Part shown: positions 1-8,994 of the stretch, piece after piece | Position numbering within the stretch: position 1 is the stretch's first letter | Layout of the letters: each line of letters begins with the position of its first letter | Assembly (NCBI GenBank): GCA_041750655.1 | Contig: JBGSYZ010000012.1 | Location: 1 to 63,001 of the forward strand | Direction of reading: 5' to 3' | DNA from: Minisyncoccia bacterium | GTDB lineage: Bacteria; Patescibacteriota; Minisyncoccia; Phycocordibacterales; UBA918 | Length of the DNA: 63,001 nucleotides | The notes under the pieces: generated by a model | Databases searched by the model: none | What the model saw: only the letters and a program-made list of their open reading frames with translations | Told to the model about the DNA's origin: nothing | Position numbers and translations under genes: made by a program

Positions 1-231
1 GCCCGCTTCTTTATTTTCTGGAGTTATATCATTAAAAATAACACTGGCTGGAGTGCTTTTAGTAATATCTTGAGCAGACTGGTGGACGGCTCGCTCCGCG
101 AGCCGTCCCAAACCAAAGGAGGCCATTGCAATAGTAATCAACAAAACCGTTAAAAAAAGCTTATCCTCAGCCAAAAAATTATGCAGATGAGACTTGAATT
201 TATCCCAGATATCTTGTATACTCTCGCCCAT
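1..231 (-). CDS. Partial membrane-anchored protein of a conserved CPR type (runs off the window start)
   Basis: Not in the ORF track. Read by hand from ATG at 231: MGESIQDIWDKFKSHLHNFLAEDKLFLTVLLITIAMASFGLGRLAE..., open to base 1, with one hydrophobic helix. TATAAT lies 7 nt upstream of the ATG. Confidence 0.75.
   Translation of the reverse strand, partial: MGESIQDIWDKFKSHLHNFLAEDKLFLTVLLITIAMASFGLGRLAERAVHQSAQDITKSTPASVIFNDITPENKEAG
194..222 (+). promoter_or_regulatory. Sigma70-type promoter for rpmA
   Basis: TTGAAT-17 nt-TATACT. Confidence 0.55.
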
Positions 232-267
232 TACATTCATTATACCAACTTAATTATCATTTAATTT

Positions 268-546
268 ATGGCGCATAGAAAAGCCGGTGGTTCGGCCAAA
301 AACCTTAGCGACTCAATGCCGAAGTATCTCGGTGTTAAGCGAGCAGACGGACAAGAAGTAAAGACAGGACAAGTTATCGTTAAACAACGAGGGACAAAAA
401 TCGAAGCTGGAAAAAATGTAAAAGTTGGTAATGACCATACGCTATTCGCTATGGCTGATGGCAAGGTAACCTTCCGTCAAATGCGAAAAACTACGTTCAC
501 TGGGCACACGAAAACAAAGAAAATTGTTGACGTTGTAGCCGCTTAA
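268..546 (+). CDS. rpmA: 50S ribosomal protein L27
   Basis: [20 protein letters not shown]...[12 protein letters not shown], the L27 signature. Confidence 0.97.
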   Translation: MAHRKAGGSAKNLSDSMPKYLGVKRADGQEVKTGQVIVKQRGTKIEAGKNVKVGNDHTLFAMADGKVTFRQMRKTTFTGHTKTKKIVDVVAA

Positions 547-562
547 TACACAAAATACAAAT

Positions 563-595
563 AAAAGAGCCGCGCCTTTTAGGCGCGGCTCTTTT
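563..595. terminator. Bidirectional intrinsic terminator
   Basis: AAAAGAGCCGCGCCT-TTT-AGGCGCGGCTCTTTT between convergent genes. Confidence 0.85.
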
Positions 596-608
596 GTTTG
601 TAGTCAAC

Positions 609-1322
609 CTATTCAGCCTTTTCCTCACGAGAAATAGTAATCGATTCAATCACTACAGGTTCAATTGGCAAATCTCTTTGATTTGTTTCGGTAGTAGCGA
701 TGGCATCAACTACATCCATGCCCTCGACCACCCTTCCAAAGACCGGATGTTTCGATGATAGTGGTTGTTTATCAAAATCAAGTGGCGTGTTGTCTACGAG
801 GTTGATGAAGAACTGACTACCACCTGAATTTGGTTGACCAGTATTGGCCATAGCGATAGTCCCTCGTTTATTAGTGAGTAAGTCACCTTCCACAAATTCA
901 TCCTGAATAGTGTACCCCGGACCACCAGTGCCATACGTAAGTTCGTTTTCTGTTTTGGTGTTTGGATCACCACCTTGAATCATAAAATTGTTAATAACTC
1001 GATGAAACTTAGTGTTATTGTAAAAACCTTCTTCCGCCAACTTGGTAAAATTACCAACAGTTACCGGCATTTGGTCCTCAAATAGTTCTAGAGTTATTGT
1101 ACCCTTATTTGTCTTGATTATTGCCTGTGGATTCATATCATTGGTGATTGGTGCTTTAACTATTTTTAATTCTTCAGGTGATAATGGGGTGTTTGAATCA
1201 CCTTTGGTGCTATCAAGGAATAAATCTTTCTGCGGAGTTTTGTTGTCGAGCCAAAATGAAAGTCCACCAATCAAAACGGCACAGGTGACGAGCATGGCAG
1301 GGATTGGTTTCCAATTTCCCAT
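609..1322 (-). CDS. Cyclophilin-type peptidyl-prolyl isomerase with N-terminal membrane anchor
   Basis: FHRVINNFMIQGGDP, GTIAMAN, NSGGSQFFINL, HPVFGRV; hydrophobic N-terminus. Confidence 0.93.
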   Translation of the reverse strand: MGNWKPIPAMLVTCAVLIGGLSFWLDNKTPQKDLFLDSTKGDSNTPLSPEELKIVKAPITNDMNPQAIIKTNKGTITLELFEDQMPVTVGNFTKLAEEGFYNNTKFHRVINNFMIQGGDPNTKTENELTYGTGGPGYTIQDEFVEGDLLTNKRGTIAMANTGQPNSGGSQFFINLVDNTPLDFDKQPLSSKHPVFGRVVEGMDVVDAIATTETNQRDLPIEPVVIESITISREEKAE

Positions 1323-1326
1323 ACTA

Positions 1327-1767
1327 CTATTTACTCGTTACCGACAATGTAAAAGTAGCCTTCTTTTCACCATCACTCAAAACAACTGCATGTTCACCTA
1401 CAGACTTTATAGGTGCTTCCAAAACAACTTGATTGGCTGCTACAGCAAACCCGAGACCAGTTAGTTCCTCGGCGATTTCAGCTGACTTAAGACCCTTAAA
1501 TAAGTGCCCCTTATCATTAGCCTCGACGGTGATAGTTTGGCTAGAATCAGCGATACGTACAACCACATCTGCAAATGATTCACTGGCAGCCATTTGCTCG
1601 GCCTCTGTTCGCGCCTTGCGAGCCTCAACTCGCTTCAAATTTTCTGGAGTGGCAGGTTCGGCTTGTTTGTTTGGAATAAGCTTATTTAAAGCATGTCCAT
1701 TAGGAACATCAACCACGCTGAAGCGTCGGCCGACATTTGCTACGTCTTGTAAGAGAATTACTTTCAT
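1327..1767 (-). CDS. rplI: 50S ribosomal protein L9
   Basis: MKVILLQDV..VG....V.VPNGHALN.LIP, C-terminal PIKSVGEH. Confidence 0.95.
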   Translation of the reverse strand: MKVILLQDVANVGRRFSVVDVPNGHALNKLIPNKQAEPATPENLKRVEARKARTEAEQMAASESFADVVVRIADSSQTITVEANDKGHLFKGLKSAEIAEELTGLGFAVAANQVVLEAPIKSVGEHAVVLSDGEKKATFTLSVTSK

Positions 1768-1820
1768 ATCAATGCAAATTAGGATTATTGTGCCCGGGCA
1801 TAATAGCTGAAAATCAGCCG

Positions 1821-3155
1821 TTATTCAAGCTGTTCGGTCGTTGTCGTGGCTGGAACATACGTACCTTTTAAGAAAGACAGAGCGGTATCAAGCTGAACAT
1901 CTTCACCATTTTCTAACTTTTCTGGGTCTCGAGGTACTAATATGTCTGGTTTGAGGCCACCATCAGAAATAGATACCCCGTCAGGTGTCAGCCAACGAGC
2001 CACTGTTACCTTTAGTGATGAACCATCATTTAGTTCGACTAGTTCCTGAACTAAACCTTTACCAAACGTGTCTTCACCAATAAGAGTTGCAACCCCATGT
2101 GCACTCAGTGCGCCGGCCAGAATTTCTGAAGCAGAGGCTGAGCCTCTATCAACCAACACTACGATTGAATCAGGAGCAAACGTTCTTAAAGTTTTACCTG
2201 AACTACGATACAAGACGTCTTCTTTTTCAGCTCGTCCAAAGCTTTCTTCCACCACCACTTTACCAACTGGTAAGAAGTAACTAGCAATAGACACTGCACT
2301 CTGCAAGAATCCACCAGGGTTGCCACGTAAGTCGATAATCATCTTGTCGGCACCACTATTTACAAACTCACGCATGGCCGTTTGCATTTTCATTTCTGAA
2401 AGAGCATTGAAATTGTATAAACTAACAATAAAGATACCCTCTTTCATTTCTGTCTTTACAGTTGGAATATCAATGATGGCTCTGGTTACTACGACCTCCT
2501 TAAATTCTGTCAGGCCTTCACGATAAATAGATAAGGTAACATCAGTGCCAGCTTCACCACGAATCATTTTTACCGCCTCATCAATACTCATCCTATCTGT
2601 AGATTTACCATCAATAGTAATGATTTTATCGCCTGAAAGTAGACCAGCTTTTTCAGCCGGTGTTCCTTCTAGTGGAGCGATAATAGTAATCACTCCATCA
2701 CGAATACCAACTTCCATCCCCACTCCACCAAAGTTTCCAGAAATATCTTCTTCAAAAGCCGCGGCATCGACTGGCGGCAAATACACTGTGTACGGGTCAC
2801 CATAACTAGCCACAAGTCCATCGATGGCTCCTCGAATTTTATCTTCATTGGTTAAATTATCTGTCGTACTGCCAGACACAAATTTCTGATCGAGTAAGTT
2901 CCAAACGTGCCAAAATTCATCCAAATCTACACCTTCGGCGGGAGCGTCGCTTTGATTGGCAAACAACGAACCAAGACCGGCTTCCATATTGCTATCAGTG
3001 CCGAAGTGAAAACCTGAAAAGAAGGCTGTTGCAATCAAAAAAATCGAGAGACCAGCTCCTAAAAATATTCCACCTTTTTTATCATCAGCTATTTCTGACT
3101 CTTCCCTGTTAGTACTCGTATCAGGGGTTTTAATATCCATCTGCATAGTGGTCAT
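1821..3155 (-). CDS. S41 family C-terminal processing peptidase with PDZ domain
   Basis: GVGMEVG PDZ motif, DLRGNPGG, SASASEILAGAL, TFGKG.VQ; start moved to the ATG at 3155. Confidence 0.93.
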   Translation of the reverse strand: MTTMQMDIKTPDTSTNREESEIADDKKGGIFLGAGLSIFLIATAFFSGFHFGTDSNMEAGLGSLFANQSDAPAEGVDLDEFWHVWNLLDQKFVSGSTTDNLTNEDKIRGAIDGLVASYGDPYTVYLPPVDAAAFEEDISGNFGGVGMEVGIRDGVITIIAPLEGTPAEKAGLLSGDKIITIDGKSTDRMSIDEAVKMIRGEAGTDVTLSIYREGLTEFKEVVVTRAIIDIPTVKTEMKEGIFIVSLYNFNALSEMKMQTAMREFVNSGADKMIIDLRGNPGGFLQSAVSIASYFLPVGKVVVEESFGRAEKEDVLYRSSGKTLRTFAPDSIVVLVDRGSASASEILAGALSAHGVATLIGEDTFGKGLVQELVELNDGSSLKVTVARWLTPDGVSISDGGLKPDILVPRDPEKLENGEDVQLDTALSFLKGTYVPATTTTEQLE

Positions 3156-3256
3156 TATGCCACAACCAACGCCAGTCTTAAAATAATTTCTCTGAACAAA
3201 AAGTTTTATACAAAACAAACGTCAGATAATGAAACAACCATGATAAAATTATTGGT

Positions 3257-4168
3257 ATGATAGAACGTTTCAATGGCGGCAAATTAACTTGGATTGATAT
3301 GGTCAATCCAACCAGCGAAGAAATTCGTGAAGTTATGGAGGAAGCTAATCTCCCTCCTGAACTAGTAAACGATTTGAGCTCACCTATTCCCCGTTCATCA
3401 GCGGTTTCTGTTGGTGGTGTTGTTAAGGTGACTCTCGACTATCCGATTGTAAAACGCACTGATATAAATCACCCGCATGAGATAAAACTTTTAGCCTCAA
3501 AAAGCCACCTAATAAGTGTCCACTTTGAAGATATTGAAGCTATTCATCGTTTTAAGAAAGAATTCGAATTACTGGCAATATTAAAAAACACCAAGAGCAA
3601 AGCTTCAGGTGGGCACCTCCTCAACGCCATAATGATGTTTTTATATAGTTCTCTTAATGCCAAGCTTGATTATCTAGAATCAAAGTTGATAGATGTCGAA
3701 AATGAAATATTCAAAGGTCGTGAAAAAGAAATGGTATTTGAAATTTCCAACATCAGTCGACGCATTATCACCTTCAAACATGTACTTGCTACTCATGGAC
3801 ACGTACTGGAAGATTTGTCCGAAGCTATGGAAAAAACTTTTACCAAAGAGCACAAGGCAGGGGTGTCGGAATTACTCGATCAATTTACATTCCTGTCACG
3901 ACGAGTTAAAACTATCAACGAAACAATGGATGAATTACGTGACACTAACATGGCACTCTTGACCACAAAACAAAACGAAACCATGAAAATTCTCACCATC
4001 CTTGCCTTCATTACGTTCCCTCTCACCCTCTTCACGTCAATGTTTGGTATGAATACTTCAACCACTCCAATTATTGGCCAACCGGGCGACTTTTGGATTA
4101 TTGTAGCCATCATGGCTGTCGTGTCGGTTGGTTTCTTTGTGTATTTTAAGTATAAAGATTGGATCTAG
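3257..4168 (+). CDS. corA: CorA family Mg2+ transporter
   Basis: GMN motif (MFGMN) between two C-terminal transmembrane helices. Confidence 0.9.
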   Translation: MIERFNGGKLTWIDMVNPTSEEIREVMEEANLPPELVNDLSSPIPRSSAVSVGGVVKVTLDYPIVKRTDINHPHEIKLLASKSHLISVHFEDIEAIHRFKKEFELLAILKNTKSKASGGHLLNAIMMFLYSSLNAKLDYLESKLIDVENEIFKGREKEMVFEISNISRRIITFKHVLATHGHVLEDLSEAMEKTFTKEHKAGVSELLDQFTFLSRRVKTINETMDELRDTNMALLTTKQNETMKILTILAFITFPLTLFTSMFGMNTSTTPIIGQPGDFWIIVAIMAVVSVGFFVYFKYKDWI

Positions 4169-4184
4169 AGCCCCCTTCGGGGCT

Positions 4185-4323
4185 CTAGATCCGTTCCTGC
4201 CTCCAGGCAGGAAACGCGATGTGAGGCTTGATGCCGAACCAGCGTTAGGAGGAAAGGAGCTCCACATATAGTTAACACCAAATTGCCGAAGTGAACTAGA
4301 TCCGGTCCTGCCTCCAGGCAGGA
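4185..4323 (+). repeat. Two 28-bp direct repeats (4185-4212, 4296-4323) with a palindromic core
   Basis: CTAGATCCG(T/G)TCCTGCCTCCAGGCAGGA, one mismatch. Confidence 0.9.
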
Positions 4324-4414
4324 TTGCCGATCTGTTGCGTTAGCAACAGCAGGCGAAGGAGGAATACGAACTTTAGCTTTTAGTTTAAAGCTGTGTTTCG
4401 ACACCTAAAAGCGA

Positions 4415-4438
4415 AAGGCCGGTTCACGAACCGGCCTT
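4415..4438 (-). terminator. Probable terminator of the XRE gene
   Basis: AAGGCCGGTT-CACG-AACCGGCCTT, followed by T-rich sequence on the minus strand. Confidence 0.65.
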
Positions 4439-4452
4439 AACGAGCATAGTTT

Positions 4453-4668
4453 TTATATTATCTTCACTTTCTCCGCGATTTCACCCGGCATCTGTGAAAT
4501 GACGAACAAGTAGGTCGTCGACGTCATGTCTGGCAAACGTATGCCCTGTTCCCAGTTTCGAATCGAATGTATTGGGACACGAAACATTCTCCCAAACTCA
4601 TCCTGACTCAAACCAAGTTCTTTACGCAAGGTCTTGAGTGACTCCGATACATTGTTTACATCAAACAT
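4453..4668 (-). CDS. XRE/HigA-like helix-turn-helix protein
   Basis: LRKELGLSQDEFGRMF.V....IRNWEQG.R.P; TTGACA-16-TAATGT promoter and GGGAG SD upstream. Confidence 0.85.
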   Translation of the reverse strand: MFDVNNVSESLKTLRKELGLSQDEFGRMFRVPIHSIRNWEQGIRLPDMTSTTYLFVISQMPGEIAEKVKII

Positions 4669-4832
4669 TCTGTAATCTCCCAGAAAAATCTATTTCCTAT
4701 ACATTACAATATATACTAAATTTGTCAATAACAAGTTCCAGCGATTCCTTCTATGAAAGGAAGGAATCGGGAACGAAAGGCGCACATTGTCGCTTGCGCT
4801 CTGTGTGCTTCTTTCTGTTATACTACCCCCAC

Positions 4833-6281
4833 ATGTTCAACCTATTTTCCAAAAAAATAGAAATCTCTAAAGAGCCAATCTGGCTTCTAAACTCCGCTTC
4901 CAACAAAAAGGAGGTTTTTGAACCATTGAAACCCGGCTACGCTAAAGTCTACTCTTGCGGCCCAACAGTGTATGACAACGTGCATATCGGAAACTTGCGC
5001 GCCTTTTTCATGGCTGACATTCTCAAACGCACTTTGATGTGGAATGGCTATCGGGTTCAAAGCACCATGAACTTTACTGATTTTGGCCACCTGACCGATG
5101 ACGCCGACGCCGGTGAAGACAAAATGATGAAAGGTCTTAAACGAGACGGTGAGCCAGTCACGTTAGAAGCAATGCGAGCAATGGCCGATACATACATTGA
5201 TAGATTTCTAGAAGACGCTACAGAAATGCGTTTCCTACCACCAACCGATTGGACCCGAGCCAGTGACTACGTAAAACAACAAATCAGTCTCATTGAAACC
5301 CTAGAAGAAAAAGGCTATACCTACGAAACTAGCGATGGTATTTATTTTGATATTTCCCGTTTCCCTACCTACGGTGTCTTAGGCAATATCGATGTAAGCA
5401 AAATGAAAGACGGTGCCCGCGTCGAGGTTAATCCAGAGAAAAGACACCCAGCTGATTTTGCTCTTTGGAAAAAAGGCGAATTGGGCTGGGATAGTCGGTG
5501 GGGCAAAGGTTTTCCTGGTTGGCACATCGAATGTTCGGCCATGGCTATGGCTACGCTTGGCAAACAAATGGATATCCATACTGGTGGCGAAGATAATAAG
5601 TATACGCACCACAACGCCGAGATTGCTCAATCAGAAAGTATTACTGGCAAACAATTTTCCAAGTACTGGCTACACAGTGCGTTCATGAATATCGATAACA
5701 CTAAGATTGCTAAAAGTATTGGCAACGCTATTTCCTTAAAACAACTGCGTGACCTCGGTTTTACTGGCAATGATTATCGCTACTGGCTATTGACGTCCCA
5801 CTACCGCTCCCCTATCAATTTCACCACTGATGCTCTGAAAGCTAGCAAACAAGCACTGTTTCGTCTTAAGCGCCACCTATTTGAAGAATACAAAAATGCT
5901 AAAGGAAAAATCAATCAAGAATATTTAACTAAGTTTACCAAAGCGATTAATGATGATTTAGACACACCTAAAGCGGTGGCAGTGGTCTGGGAATTAATAA
6001 AGGACGCCTCGATACCTGCTGGTGATAAGGTAACAACAATCAAAAAATTCGACGACGTGCTTGCTGTTGGCCTGTCTGATAAAGCCGAGGATGTAGTGCG
6101 AGAACTCGGAGTAATTGATATGGATGAAGTCCCTGCGGCTGTACAACAACTCATAAATGAACGAGAAGCAGCCCGCGCCGTGCGCAACTGGGAGGAAGCT
6201 GACCGGCTTCGTGAAGCTATTAATCTCAAAGGTTTTACTCTCGAAGATACGCCCGATGGACCTAAAATTTCTAAAGTATAA
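4833..6281 (+). CDS. cysS: Cysteine--tRNA ligase
   Basis: CGPTVYDNVHIGN (HIGH-like), GFPGWHIECSAM, DIHTGGED; start moved to 4833. Confidence 0.97.
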   Translation: MFNLFSKKIEISKEPIWLLNSASNKKEVFEPLKPGYAKVYSCGPTVYDNVHIGNLRAFFMADILKRTLMWNGYRVQSTMNFTDFGHLTDDADAGEDKMMKGLKRDGEPVTLEAMRAMADTYIDRFLEDATEMRFLPPTDWTRASDYVKQQISLIETLEEKGYTYETSDGIYFDISRFPTYGVLGNIDVSKMKDGARVEVNPEKRHPADFALWKKGELGWDSRWGKGFPGWHIECSAMAMATLGKQMDIHTGGEDNKYTHHNAEIAQSESITGKQFSKYWLHSAFMNIDNTKIAKSIGNAISLKQLRDLGFTGNDYRYWLLTSHYRSPINFTTDALKASKQALFRLKRHLFEEYKNAKGKINQEYLTKFTKAINDDLDTPKAVAVVWELIKDASIPAGDKVTTIKKFDDVLAVGLSDKAEDVVRELGVIDMDEVPAAVQQLINEREAARAVRNWEEADRLREAINLKGFTLEDTPDGPKISKV

Positions 6282-6295
6282 AAATTGGGAGGGCG

Positions 6296-6445
6296 TTAGC
6301 CCTCCCTCTTCATAATCTCTTCAAACAGCCAGATCAAGAATACTGCAATTAAAAGAGACGTTAGAACTGGGTTCATTTCAAACACCCACCTCAATACTCC
6401 CCAAAATGCTGCTGAAGCCTTAAAGAGTGCCTCGGAATCGCCCAT
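6296..6445 (-). CDS. 49-aa hydrophobic small protein (not in the ORF track)
   Basis: MGDSEALFKASAAFWGVLRWVFEMNPVLTSLLIAVFLIWLFEEIMKREG; TTGGAA-17-TATACT promoter, AAGGGA SD-like site, hairpin over the stop codon. Confidence 0.6.
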   Translation of the reverse strand: MGDSEALFKASAAFWGVLRWVFEMNPVLTSLLIAVFLIWLFEEIMKREG

Positions 6446-6550
6446 GATTTATCCCTTCATTTCTTTTTGCAGTATACACAACTTATTCTTAGTTTCCAAC
6501 AGATTTGTAAAAAGCGGTCAATATGAATATCGTGATAGAATGCTTTTGCT

Positions 6551-7933
6551 ATGGCAGACAGACCAGAAACTAATAAACGACTGCGTACTCTTCCCCATGA
6601 TTTGGATGCTGAGCGCGCCCTTTTGGGCGCGCTCATGCTTAAGCCTGAAGCTCTCCACGATGTATCGGTTACTGTCCAGCCCGAAAGTTTTTACGCCGAG
6701 AAACACAAAGAAATTTACCGAGCTATTCTCGAGTTGTTCACCAAAGGCGACCCGATTGATGTTCTCTCCATTACCACTCGATTAAAGAAAAACGAGCAAC
6801 TCGAACGTATTGGTGGAGCCAACTATATTGCAGAGATTATGGAAGCGGTACCGGCAGCGGGTAACGCTTCATATTACGGAACTCTTGTACAAGACAAGTC
6901 AATTCTGCGTGGACTCATCTACGCCGCCGATGATATTTCTGAACTGGGTTTTTCCAACCCCGATAATATCGACGAAACCCTCGATCAAGCAGAGAAAAAA
7001 GTTTACAACGTTACTAACTCCCCTACCACCCAAAAATTTAAAGTTATTGGTAGTTCACTAAGTGAGGCTTGGGAACGTTTTGAACACCTCAGTGCCAACA
7101 AGGGCGAAATGCGCGGCGTACCCAGTGGCTTTGCCGCTCTTGATAACCTGCTCTCAGGTTTTCAGAAGTCCGACCTCATTATTCTTGCCGCCCGACCATC
7201 AGTTGGTAAGACTACTATTGCCCTCGATATCGCTCGCAACGCCGCTCTTAAACACGGAAAGTCGGTGGGTATCTTCTCACTTGAGATGAGTGACCAGCAG
7301 TTGGTTGATCGCCTCCTGGCTGCCGAAGCTGGTGTGGACTCTTGGAAACTCCGCACCGGCCGTCTTTCTACTGACCAAGAATTTGAAGCAGTGCAAGACG
7401 CGATGGGCCGCCTCTCTGATGCGCCGATTCATATTGACGACCAACCAGGTAACAATATTTTAAAAATGCGTTCGGCCGCCCGCCGCCTCAAGAATGAACA
7501 TGGTCTTGATTTTTTGATTGTTGACTACCTTCAGCTGATGAGCCCGACCAGCACCAAAGCCAGCGATTCTATGGTGCAACAAGTAACTGAAATCTCACGC
7601 TCGCTCAAAATTCTCGCTCGCGAACTTGATGTGCCAGTCATGGCTCTTTCTCAACTTTCTCGAGCGGTCGAGCAGCGTGGTGGCAAGCCACGCCTCTCTG
7701 ACCTTCGTGATTCTGGTTCTATCGAACAAGATGCCGATGTCGTGATGTTTATTCACCGGGAAGACAAGATAAACAAAGAATCAGAACGCCCGAACATAGC
7801 GGAGATTCTTGTAGAAAAACACCGTAACGGCCCAGTCGGTATGGCCGAACTGTATTTTGATGCCAAGCATGTGCGCTACCTCAGCATCGACACCCACCAC
7901 TCAGCACCAGGAGGAGACAGCGACGACTTCTAG
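6551..7933 (+). CDS. dnaB: Replicative DNA helicase
   Basis: ARPSVGKT, SLEMS, IVDYLQLM, SQLSR, LRDSGSIEQDAD, KHRNGP. Confidence 0.98.
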   Translation: MADRPETNKRLRTLPHDLDAERALLGALMLKPEALHDVSVTVQPESFYAEKHKEIYRAILELFTKGDPIDVLSITTRLKKNEQLERIGGANYIAEIMEAVPAAGNASYYGTLVQDKSILRGLIYAADDISELGFSNPDNIDETLDQAEKKVYNVTNSPTTQKFKVIGSSLSEAWERFEHLSANKGEMRGVPSGFAALDNLLSGFQKSDLIILAARPSVGKTTIALDIARNAALKHGKSVGIFSLEMSDQQLVDRLLAAEAGVDSWKLRTGRLSTDQEFEAVQDAMGRLSDAPIHIDDQPGNNILKMRSAARRLKNEHGLDFLIVDYLQLMSPTSTKASDSMVQQVTEISRSLKILARELDVPVMALSQLSRAVEQRGGKPRLSDLRDSGSIEQDADVVMFIHREDKINKESERPNIAEILVEKHRNGPVGMAELYFDAKHVRYLSIDTHHSAPGGDSDDF

Positions 7934-7953
7934 ATGATAAAATACCTTCCTAC

Positions 7954-8568
7954 ATGAATTCTTTCGACAAACTCATTGCTCAATTTGAGAAATTTCCCGG
8001 TATTGGGGCTCGCCAAGCGAGACGCTTTGTATTTCATATTCTTACACTCCCGAAAGAAGAGGCTACTGAACTGGCTGAGCTGATTACCAACCTCCAAGGC
8101 ACCGTTATCGAATGTACTGGCTGTCGTCGTTTCTTTGCTCAAAATGGTGGTGGTACGGAGTGCGCCATTTGTTCTGACTTCTCTCGCGATGTCACAAAGC
8201 TGATGGTGGTTGAACGCGACTCAGACATCCAAGCTATCGAACGAGCTGGTCAGTACGACGGTTTCTACTTTGTACTCGGTGGCACTCTCCCGCTTCTTGA
8301 TAGTAAAGAAAAAAATGTCTTGCGAGGTAATGGTTTAAAGAAAGTAGTCAGCGAACGCTTAGAAAAGGGTTTGGTTGAAATAATTTTAGCTTTCTCCGTT
8401 AACCCAGATGGCGAAAATACCCAACGTTACGTTGAGTCGCTACTTAAAGAAGATTTGATTGATACAACAGTAAAAATATCCCACCTCGGCCGTGGCCTCT
8501 CGACCGGCTCAGAGCTAGAATATGCTGACCCCGAAACTATCAAGAACGCTTTAAAAAGTCGTTTTTAG
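7954..8568 (+). CDS. recR: Recombination mediator RecR
   Basis: PGIGARQARR, C4 zinc finger, Toprim domain, GRGL.TG.ELEYAD. Confidence 0.95.
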   Translation: MNSFDKLIAQFEKFPGIGARQARRFVFHILTLPKEEATELAELITNLQGTVIECTGCRRFFAQNGGGTECAICSDFSRDVTKLMVVERDSDIQAIERAGQYDGFYFVLGGTLPLLDSKEKNVLRGNGLKKVVSERLEKGLVEIILAFSVNPDGENTQRYVESLLKEDLIDTTVKISHLGRGLSTGSELEYADPETIKNALKSRF

Positions 8569-8576
8569 TAACTGTA

Positions 8577-8604
8577 TTGCTAAATTTTCGTAAGACGGTA
8601 TAAT
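8577..8604 (+). promoter_or_regulatory. Sigma70 promoter of the small ORF at 8632
   Basis: TTGCTA-16-TATAAT. Confidence 0.65.
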
Positions 8605-8631
8605 CTCCAGTCGAAATCGGGAGGAGGAAAA

Positions 8632-8730
8632 ATGAACCAAGCAAACCCAAAAGAGCCACAGTGGCTCACTGACCTGCGCCGCAGCATTGCTGCCGGTGGG
8701 ACCAGGTTCGGCGCCCGCGTCGAAAAGTAA
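8632..8730 (+). CDS. 32-aa small protein (not in the ORF track)
   Basis: MNQANPKEPQWLTDLRRSIAAGGTRFGARVEK; GGAGGAGG SD, own promoter and terminator. Confidence 0.65.
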   Translation: MNQANPKEPQWLTDLRRSIAAGGTRFGARVEK

Positions 8731-8734
8731 CACA

Positions 8735-8766
8735 GAGGCGTGCCCCAGGGCACGCCTCTTTTTTTA
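8735..8766 (+). terminator. Intrinsic terminator
   Basis: AGAGGCGTGCCC-CA-GGGCACGCCTCT followed by a T run. Confidence 0.85.
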
Positions 8767-8911
8767 ATTCATAAAGATAATTAATATATCTTGTTTATTT
8801 AAATTCTAGATTTTGATACAAGAACAAGGCATGAGAAAACCTGGGAGGTTTTTGCAAGAAGTTAACAACTGCGTTAGCAGTGATAACTTGAACAGCTTCT
8901 GTAAGAAGAAA

Positions 8912-8957
8912 GAAAATGGCCCGAGGTGAACTTATTGTTCAGTGACGGGCCATTTTC
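8912..8957. terminator. Hairpin downstream of rplU
   Basis: GAAAATGGCCCG / CGGGCCATTTTC 12-bp stem with an inner TGAAC/GTTCA stem. Confidence 0.6.
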
Positions 8958-8994
8958 TGTAGTCCAACAAAGTTATTGTGTTGAAATCAGAGAT

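Noticed and set aside
84-108. Perfect 11-bp hairpin as terminator
   Set aside because: It lies inside the minus-strand CDS 1-231 and has no T tract.
4185-4323. CRISPR array
   Set aside because: Only two repeats, an 83-nt gap, and no cas genes in the window.
4296-4365. HDV-like ribozyme in the second corA repeat unit (GCC-TCCA-GGC, P4-like stem, GGCGAA)
   Set aside because: L3 would be only 4 nt, P1.1 GG is missing, P1 and P2 compete with the simple hairpin, and unit 1 does not fit.
4165-4404. 79-aa ORF with repeated SCLEAG.DL
   Set aside because: It is the translation of the DNA repeat, has a GTG start with no clear SD or promoter, and overlaps the corA stop hairpin.
8831-8929. 32-aa ORF MRKPGRFLQEV...
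   Set aside because: No well-placed SD or -10 box, and it runs into the rplU terminator hairpin; support is too weak.
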